30,115 nucleotides of DNA, taken from positions 1 through 30,115 of IMG/VR virus record IMGVR_UViG_3300017747_002189. One strand, given 5' to 3'. Positions 24,842-30,115 of this stretch are shown here, piece after piece; the stretch's first letter is position 1; each line of letters starts with the position of its first letter. This DNA is from a virus. Its lineage: Duplodnaviria > Caudoviricetes. The position numbers and the translations under genes were made by a program. The notes below the pieces were generated by a model, which ran no database searches, was not told the DNA's origin, and saw only the letters and a list, made by a program, of their open reading frames with translations.

Positions 24842-25519
24842 TTATTTTTTTAATAAGTTATCAAAATATTCAGCTACTGCCATTCTTCTGCAAGCTAATT
24901 CCATGTATTCATCATCTTCTAACAACTCATTCATTTCTTTTTTTTCTTTATATGAAGCATATAAGAATTTCTTTTTTATTGCTTCTTCTGTTCTTTTTAA
25001 AGTACCTTCAAAATCTGTTATTAAGTTTTGTTTATACAAAATATTAAAACATCTTAATCCATAAAATACATGCTCCCAATCTTTGTTTTTCTTGTAAATA
25101 TCCATTGACATTTGTAATATTTCATCATCTGATATTTTTGGAGCTTCTATTTGCTTTTGTTCTACAGGTTTTTCTTCAATCTTATGTCTATAAGCCCATC
25201 TTGCATATGATGTCATTAATCTTGAAAGATATAAAGCTGAAAAATTTTGATATGTTTCAGGGTTTTCATCAAGTTTGTTTTTAATCATTAAATCAAAAGC
25301 TAATTTGAACTCACCAATCGGTAACTGTCCATAATCAACTTTCATCATTTGACTCATGTATTTTATTTCAAATTCTGATGGTAATCTTTCTCCTTTTACA
25401 CCTAAAAGAATCATTGCTTTTGTTATAATCTCAACTATATCAATAGTTGATGAGTCCATTAGTTTTGGAGTCTTCTTGGCCTCCGATAGAAGCTCTAAGT
25501 CTTTCGTAATAGTCTGCAT
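24842..25519 (-). CDS. Hypothetical replication protein (occupies the helicase-loader position)
   Basis: 225 aa, helical, overlapping the initiator 3' end; function inferred from position only. Confidence 0.5.
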   Translation of the reverse strand: MQTITKDLELLSEAKKTPKLMDSSTIDIVEIITKAMILLGVKGERLPSEFEIKYMSQMMKVDYGQLPIGEFKLAFDLMIKNKLDENPETYQNFSALYLSRLMTSYARWAYRHKIEEKPVEQKQIEAPKISDDEILQMSMDIYKKNKDWEHVFYGLRCFNILYKQNLITDFEGTLKRTEEAIKKKFLYASYKEKKEMNELLEDDEYMELACRRMAVAEYFDNLLKK

Positions 25520-26108
25520 ATATTTCCGTTTTTGTTTTTGGTGATTTAAAACTATTGTTAAAATTAGAATTATTTATCCAAACAGCTAACATTTTTTGTT
25601 TCCAATTTTTTACTGGTTTCCCTTTGCTATCATGCCAATTAGCAGTTTCATAATATTCAAAGGCTTGTTTTGCCTTTTCTACAGTTGATCCTTTTTCTAT
25701 AAAATAATCTTCAACTTCTAAAACTGTTGGCTTCTTTAATCTCTTATTTTTATTTTCATTTATATTTTCATTTTCATTTTCCATATGCATAGGCATATGC
25801 TGTTGCATATGCTCAGGCATATGCTTAGTTTTTGCATTATTTCTTCTTGAATTGGTATAATTTGACCTCTTTTCTGATTCATCAAACATTCTTTTATTGA
25901 TATAATACCCATCTACAAGTTCAAATTTATCATATACATCAGGTGCATATGCTTTGCATATGCTTAGCATATCCTTTTCTGTTAACTTACCTTTTTGATG
26001 TTGCAAACATAATAACCTTATGTACATTCCAACTTCTTCATTTGTCATTGAAAATGTTCCACTTAAAAAATCACTTGTATAAAACAAGACTGCTGGATCT
26101 TTTGCCAT
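25440..26108 (-). CDS. Replication initiator, DUF1376/YdaU-like N-terminus
   Basis: KDPAVLFYTSDFLSGT..MTNEEVGMYIRLLC; ENENEN linker; C-terminal PTVLEV...FEYYETANW...GKPVKNWK. Confidence 0.78.
   Translation of the reverse strand: MAKDPAVLFYTSDFLSGTFSMTNEEVGMYIRLLCLQHQKGKLTEKDMLSICKAYAPDVYDKFELVDGYYINKRMFDESEKRSNYTNSRRNNAKTKHMPEHMQQHMPMHMENENENINENKNKRLKKPTVLEVEDYFIEKGSTVEKAKQAFEYYETANWHDSKGKPVKNWKQKMLAVWINNSNFNNSFKSPKTKTEIYADYYERLRASIGGQEDSKTNGLINY
25741..25974. repeat. Iteron-like GCATATGC palindromes plus AT-rich tract (putative origin)
   Basis: Copies at 25781 (CCATATGC), 25793, 25805, 25817 (12-bp period) and 25945, 25956, 25967 (GCATATCC; 11-bp period); AT-rich 25741-25780. Confidence 0.75.
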
Positions 26109-26199
26109 AAAATAAAAATCCCTGAATGGGATTGGAAATGCAGTTCCGCACCCATCAGGGACATTAATGTTTTCTTATAGAAGGCTGCATCCTTCGTAT
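26109..26199 (-). ncRNA. Structured 5' leader: two hairpins with complementary 6-nt loops
   Basis: Hairpin 1 GAAGG-AUGCAG-CCUUC. Hairpin 2 UCCCUGA.UGGG..GGAA-CUGCAU-UUCC..CCCA.UCAGGGA, followed by UUUUUAUUUU-AUG. Confidence 0.65.
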
Positions 26200-26201
26200 T
26201 G

Positions 26202-26209
26202 CAAATTTA
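26202..26209 (-). promoter_or_regulatory. Bacteroidota-type -7 element TAAATTTG
   Basis: TAnnTTTG match just upstream of the structured leader. Confidence 0.6.
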
Positions 26210-26725
26210 ACAATTAATTTCTAAATTACCATGATTAATTTTTAATCTACCTTCAATAATATCTTTACATTGATTATATTTTGATGCAAAAATTTCATCT
26301 ACTTCTAATAAATTCTTGCATTTTTTAACAGAACTTATAACTGTAGTATGATCAGCATATGTAGATAAATATTCACCTATTTCTTTGTAACTCAAATCAG
26401 TATATGTTCTTAAAAGTAAACATACACAATGTCTTGCATCAGTAACTTTTCTGTGTCTTGTTTTTAACCTACAATCTGTTTCAAAAACATAATTTACACT
26501 TGCTATTACTTCATCAGCTGGCTTATGTGTATAAACAGCAGTTCTTTTAGTTAATGGATAATGTTCTAAAAGACGCTGTAGTTTTAACATGCTTTCTTCA
26601 TGTTCTTTTATAATACGGGTAAAATCATTAATAATATTAAGAATAGTATTACGAGTCACTATATGTGTCCCTATTTGATTCTTTAATATATTAGAATTAA
26701 TTCTTAGTTCATCTACATTAATCAT
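26207..26725 (-). CDS. Protein with DnaA domain IV (Bac_DnaA_C)-like HTH
   Basis: KTRHRKVTDARH...RTYTDLSYKEIGEYL...DHTTVISSVKK matches the DnaA C-terminal signature; no AAA+ domain. Confidence 0.8.
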   Translation of the reverse strand: MINVDELRINSNILKNQIGTHIVTRNTILNIINDFTRIIKEHEESMLKLQRLLEHYPLTKRTAVYTHKPADEVIASVNYVFETDCRLKTRHRKVTDARHCVCLLLRTYTDLSYKEIGEYLSTYADHTTVISSVKKCKNLLEVDEIFASKYNQCKDIIEGRLKINHGNLEINC

Positions 26726-26734
26726 AAAAATAAT

Positions 26735-26956
26735 TTAAAATGGTAAATCTGATTCTTGTTTTTCTTCTTTTACTTTATCATAAATAACATAAAAGTCATT
26801 TCCATACTTGTCCTTTTTTTTAGATAAAAAACATACATATTTTTTGTATGAATTTTCATCTTTTAAAGCAAGTTCAAGATATTCTCCGTTTTTACCTTGT
26901 TTTTTAGTTAAATAAATTCCTTTAGCGAAGTTCGGTTTCTGTAAGTTCTGTTCCAT
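26735..26956 (-). CDS. Small SSB-like protein
   Basis: Aromatic/basic beta core and acidic tail ending ESDLPF. Confidence 0.55.
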   Translation of the reverse strand: MEQNLQKPNFAKGIYLTKKQGKNGEYLELALKDENSYKKYVCFLSKKKDKYGNDFYVIYDKVKEEKQESDLPF

Positions 26957-27122
26957 TTGTTATTTGATTTAAAAATTTAGCTTCCTTTGTTGGGTTCATA
27001 TCCCAGTTATCTAATGTAGTCATTAATTCCTGAAATCTATCCTCTGAATACCATATATGATGGTAGATTTTAGCAACAATAACCATTCTTTCTTGTGGGG
27101 GCAGTTGCTGATAAGAGTTCAT
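26922..27122 (-). CDS. Hypothetical protein
   Basis: 66 aa, coupled to neighbouring genes. Confidence 0.6.
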   Translation of the reverse strand: MNSYQQLPPQERMVIVAKIYHHIWYSEDRFQELMTTLDNWDMNPTKEAKFLNQITNGTELTETELR

Positions 27123-27484
27123 AATATTTGCATTTTTGCTTTTTCATAACTAATTAAAGTGCGTATAGCGTCAATCTGATGAACAGCAGCAGCATTACAT
27201 CTTTCAAATCCAGTTTTCAATCTATTCCAATCTTTTGCTTTTGCTTTAATCATCATATTAAATGTTGATGCTGAATATTTATCCATTATTTCAAGATTTA
27301 CTTTACATTCAATATCAACTACATCATCAATTTTAAATTGACATTCAGTCATATATTGTCCAGATCTTGTCATTAATACAGATAAATTATTTAATCTTTC
27401 AACCAATTCTTCAGGTTCTTTTGGTAGTGGTTGCTCAAGATATTTTAGCATTCTTTGATAATGATCATTGTATTTTTCAAGCAT
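27119..27484 (-). CDS. Helical hypothetical protein (possible recombination mediator)
   Basis: 121 aa coiled coil ending HQIDAIRTLISYEKAKM; next to the annealing protein. Confidence 0.55.
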   Translation of the reverse strand: MLEKYNDHYQRMLKYLEQPLPKEPEELVERLNNLSVLMTRSGQYMTECQFKIDDVVDIECKVNLEIMDKYSASTFNMMIKAKAKDWNRLKTGFERCNAAAVHQIDAIRTLISYEKAKMQIL

Positions 27485-28058
27485 TTTTTAAAGTTTTTTT
27501 AATATCTGTTTGTGAATAATTTAAACCCATGCTTATTCTATCTTTATCCTGAATTTGATTCATTTGCAAATTAGATAATGCTTTATCATATTCAACCTTA
27601 GTTTTAATGCCTTCAATTCTAATTGCTAATTGTTCTTTTTGCCTTTCTTCATATGTTGTAGTTTCTAAAAGAGTTAGCAAATACATTCTGCTTTCCTCAT
27701 TTATTTCTTCAACTCTATTAATTGCTTTTTGAACCTCATCAGCTGAAGCAATACCAGCATCAATTCCAATATTCGCCATTGCACAGGCTCTGCCAACTGC
27801 TGAAGTTTCTGCATTCTCTAAAGCTGAAGTATGATTCACTTCTCTATAATTGTCTGATTCAATTTCTTGAGCCAAACCTGTATAAATATAATCTCTTTCT
27901 GCTCCATGAATGGTGAGTGTTGCTTTAACTACCCACATTTTTCGTTCAGGATAATACTGATAGTCAGAATTAATGTTGTACTCATAATTCTCATTGAGCC
28001 ATTTGATTCTTTCATGTACAGGTACATAGTCCTTTCCTTTGATTTTTACTGTGTTCAT
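27477..28058 (-). CDS. Single-strand annealing protein (Rad52/Sak-like)
   Basis: KGKDYVPVHERI...VVKATL...ALENAETSAVGRA...GIASADEV (track: NIGIDAGIASADEV). Confidence 0.7.
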   Translation of the reverse strand: MNTVKIKGKDYVPVHERIKWLNENYEYNINSDYQYYPERKMWVVKATLTIHGAERDYIYTGLAQEIESDNYREVNHTSALENAETSAVGRACAMANIGIDAGIASADEVQKAINRVEEINEESRMYLLTLLETTTYEERQKEQLAIRIEGIKTKVEYDKALSNLQMNQIQDKDRISMGLNYSQTDIKKTLKNA

Positions 28059-28059
28059 T

Positions 28060-28272
28060 TTAAGTGGTTTTATTTAAAAATTGTTTTCCTAAATCGTTTG
28101 ACCATTTAGCGCCTGCAAAAAATAACATAGATAAATCGTAATTAGTTATTTCATCCTGAAACTCAACTGAAATAGTTGTTTCATTATGCAAATAAATTAA
28201 AACTCTATCTTGAAATTCATCCTTTATTAAGGATTGGCAACCTAATGGTAAGTAAATTTTATTGTTGCTCAT
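28060..28272 (-). CDS. Hypothetical early protein
   Basis: 70 aa ORF in the early operon. Confidence 0.55.
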   Translation of the reverse strand: MSNNKIYLPLGCQSLIKDEFQDRVLIYLHNETTISVEFQDEITNYDLSMLFFAGAKWSNDLGKQFLNKTT

Positions 28273-28516
28273 ATATGTCGTTATTTAAAATGATACAAAG
28301 AGAATCTAACGCATTTTGTGAAATAACTTTCAGATAATGATGAAATGGAAGTTGCCCTAAATCATGATCTACAAACCAACCGATTGGTGTTTTGTAAATA
28401 AAGGCAATGTCATTGTCTTTAATTAATTTAAGAAGTTCTTTTTCTGTGAGAAAACAATTGATGTAATCACCTCCAATGAGATGATACACATCACTTTTGA
28501 TGTGTTTAAGTTGCAT
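28259..28516 (-). CDS. Hypothetical early protein
   Basis: 85 aa, first gene after the TATATTTG promoter. Confidence 0.6.
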   Translation of the reverse strand: MQLKHIKSDVYHLIGGDYINCFLTEKELLKLIKDNDIAFIYKTPIGWFVDHDLGQLPFHHYLKVISQNALDSLCIILNNDIYEQQ

Positions 28517-28536
28517 AAATAAGTGGTTTTAGATTA

Positions 28537-28544
28537 CAAATATA
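28537..28544 (-). promoter_or_regulatory. Bacteroidota-type -7 element TATATTTG (start of early operon)
   Basis: TAnnTTTG match 20 nt upstream of ATG 28516, just downstream of a terminator. Confidence 0.7.
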
Positions 28545-28580
28545 AATCTTTATTTAAAATAAAAAAATATATTTTAAGCT

Positions 28581-28611
28581 AAAAAAGAATGCCCCTGTAC
28601 TTACAAGGGCA
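28581..28611 (-). terminator. Intrinsic terminator ending the late operon
   Basis: - strand TGCCCTTGT-AAGT-ACAGGGGCA followed by TTCTTTTTT; overlaps the spanin stop codon. Confidence 0.8.
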
Positions 28612-29083
28612 ATCTTAACCACCTATTACGAATTGCAAATATAATAACTAATCCTGATATAAGTAAATAAAACCAAAGTTTAAATTTTTTAACATTTTTA
28701 TACTTTTCTTGAATGTTATTTAAATCTTTCTTTAATTTTTCTACTTCTTTGAAATGATTTTCTTCATGTTTTTGATAATCTAAATGAAATGATTCCATCT
28801 GTTTTTGATGAGCAATTTGCATAGATTTAATCCTGGCAGTGTTCTCTTGAACTTTAGTCACTTCTTTTGTCAGAGTAATAGTTTTACTTGGTGGACAAAC
28901 AAAAGTGAAATTTGAGTCCTTAAAATGAACCACAACAGTATCTGGTAAAGATTCAACTGTATCAATGACTAAAACCTCTTTTATTTCTTCTTTGACAGGG
29001 AATTTTTCTGCACAGGTTTCCGCAAGTTTTCTTTCAGAAAGGCATCCTGTTAGAAACAGACTACAGATCAACAGATTCCTCAT
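28601..29083 (-). CDS. Putative unimolecular spanin
   Basis: Likely start MRNLL at 29083; lipobox LTGC, periplasmic beta/coiled-coil region, C-terminal TM segment LWFYLLISGLVIIFAI. Confidence 0.7.
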   Translation of the reverse strand: MRNLLICSLFLTGCLSERKLAETCAEKFPVKEEIKEVLVIDTVESLPDTVVVHFKDSNFTFVCPPSKTITLTKEVTKVQENTARIKSMQIAHQKQMESFHLDYQKHEENHFKEVEKLKKDLNNIQEKYKNVKKFKLWFYLLISGLVIIFAIRNRWLRLPL

Positions 29084-29450
29084 CTTGCTTAAATTCAACT
29101 CCTGTTAACCATCCCTGCAAATACACATGAATTTCTAAACCATCTGGGTTGAGTACCTCAATAGGTTTAAATTCAATTTCTTTTTCTGATAGGTCTTTAA
29201 TTGCTGCATTCAGCTTTTTGATAGCATCCTTAGTAAACTTATATTCACCTTTTTCATTAAGAACAAGATTACCTTTATCATCTACAGATGCATTTTCCAA
29301 TCTCAAATCTTCAAGTTGCTCCTGATAGGAATCAATCAAAGGTTTAATCTTGTCATAAATTTTTCTGAGTTTCTTTTGGGTTTTGGTAGTTTGATCACCC
29401 ATGTTGGCTGCCAATAAATTAGCTGTGATGATTAAGTCTTTGTAAGTCAT
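29061..29450 (-). CDS. Helical hypothetical protein (tail-fibre-associated, DUF1617-like)
   Basis: Likely start MTYKD at 29450; DDKGNLVLNEKGEYKF motif. Confidence 0.55.
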   Translation of the reverse strand: MTYKDLIITANLLAANMGDQTTKTQKKLRKIYDKIKPLIDSYQEQLEDLRLENASVDDKGNLVLNEKGEYKFTKDAIKKLNAAIKDLSEKEIEFKPIEVLNPDGLEIHVYLQGWLTGVEFKQDEESVDL

Positions 29451-29469
29451 AGTTAAAATTTTTACGAAT

Positions 29470-29808
29470 TTAGATATTATTTTGATTCCAAGGCAAAGGC
29501 AAGTTGACAATTGGAGGATTTTTTTGGTTCTCAATTTGCATATCTAAAGAAGAATCCAAAGCCTCCATGTCTAAATTAGCCTCAAGCCATCCGCATACCT
29601 CTTCAAAAGTAAGCTCGCTATAAGGTTTAAATGCCATTGGGTCTGGTGCTGCACAAGTCATAGCTCCATAAATATCCCCATAATAAGTTTTATCCCCATC
29701 TATTTCCTCGGCATCTCTACGCCAATGTACGGTTTTTACTACATCTGTAAGTCCGTCCTCGCTAGGTGCGGTATCCATTGAGGATATAATCCAAAATTTT
29801 GTATTCAT
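29470..29808 (-). CDS. Tail-fibre-associated protein
   Basis: DVVKTVHW...FKPYSELTFEEVCGWLE...LPLPW; directly after the fibre gene. Confidence 0.6.
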   Translation of the reverse strand: MNTKFWIISSMDTAPSEDGLTDVVKTVHWRRDAEEIDGDKTYYGDIYGAMTCAAPDPMAFKPYSELTFEEVCGWLEANLDMEALDSSLDMQIENQKNPPIVNLPLPWNQNNI

Positions 29809-29818
29809 ATATTTTTAT

Positions 29819-30115
29819 TTATAAAGGAACTGCAAATGCTAAATAATAAAGTGTGCCATCTACCTCTACCTCAAGATAATTTGTTGTACTTGTTGATACG
29901 GTTCCACTTAACCTTGCTCCCAATTTCCAAGGCTTTGCCGTACCTCCACTTGGTGCGCCAGTTTTTATTGACCCACCATTAATTTCCACATTCCCCCCAC
30001 TCGTTATGCGCATTCTTTCGGTATCACTACCAACTTTAAAGTACATATCCCCACCAACTGAAGATGAGCCAGATGTTGTCCCAATTGTTGCATAAGCAGT
30101 TGTAGATGCGTTGGC
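29819..30115 (-). CDS. Tail fibre, C-terminal part (5' truncated by window end)
   Basis: Frame is open from 30115: ANASTTAYATIGTTSGSSSVGGDMYFKVGSDTERMRITSGGNV...; ERMRI is a common fibre repeat motif. Confidence 0.7.
   Translation of the reverse strand, partial: ANASTTAYATIGTTSGSSSVGGDMYFKVGSDTERMRITSGGNVEINGGSIKTGAPSGGTAKPWKLGARLSGTVSTSTTNYLEVEVDGTLYYLAFAVPL

Noticed and set aside
25781-25974. CRISPR array
   Set aside because: Repeats are 8 bp with 3-4 bp gaps, inside a CDS; they are iteron-like.
26119-26161. Hammerhead ribozyme (contains CUGAUG)
   Set aside because: The core reads CUGAUGG rather than CUGANGA, it is paired within a stem, and there is no properly placed GAAA or three-way junction.
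1146-28109. All + strand ORFs in the track (e.g. 7765-8163, 17160-17474, 24663-25064)
   Set aside because: They are antisense shadows of well-supported - strand genes, with Phe/Leu/Ser-rich translations and no recognisable motifs.
30096-30115. Terminal overlap/direct circularisation with base 1
   Set aside because: Only GATGC is shared, and the join would break the fibre reading frame.
29819-30115. Diversity-generating retroelement acting on the tail fibre
   Set aside because: No reverse transcriptase or template/variable repeat pair is visible in the window.

Overview
AT-rich, apparently near-complete genome of a long-tailed dsDNA phage. All credible genes lie on the - strand. The host is probably Bacteroidota: there are TAnnTTTG promoters and no Shine-Dalgarno pattern. 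In transcription order (right to left) the window holds a tail-fibre C-terminus and spanin; early recombination/replication genes (Rad52-like annealing protein, DnaA domain IV protein, DUF1376-like initiator with internal iterons, VRR-NUC nuclease, sigma-like factor); a glycosyltransferase; lysis genes; exonuclease, HNH and methyltransferase; TerS and TerL; an inserted six-gene nucleotide-metabolism cassette; small accessory genes; tail and head genes; and a tail-fibre N-terminus. I recognised no DNA polymerase, helicase, primase, integrase, tRNA or CRISPR array. Four observations stand out. (1) The cassette at 14886-17445 combines a T4 gp42-like, dCMP-type thymidylate-synthase homolog with a dCMP deaminase, MazG, a SAM methyltransferase and a DUF6378-like protein. 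It has its own promoter and is bracketed by two 27-bp palindromic direct repeats. (2) A two-hairpin 5' leader with exactly complementary 6-nt loops (kissing-loop candidate) precedes the replication initiator. (3) A bipartite GWTA-N17/18-CATTTA motif precedes late genes and is a plausible target of the phage sigma factor. (4) CpG is strongly but patchily depleted. All protein calls come from motif recognition by eye, not from database searches.
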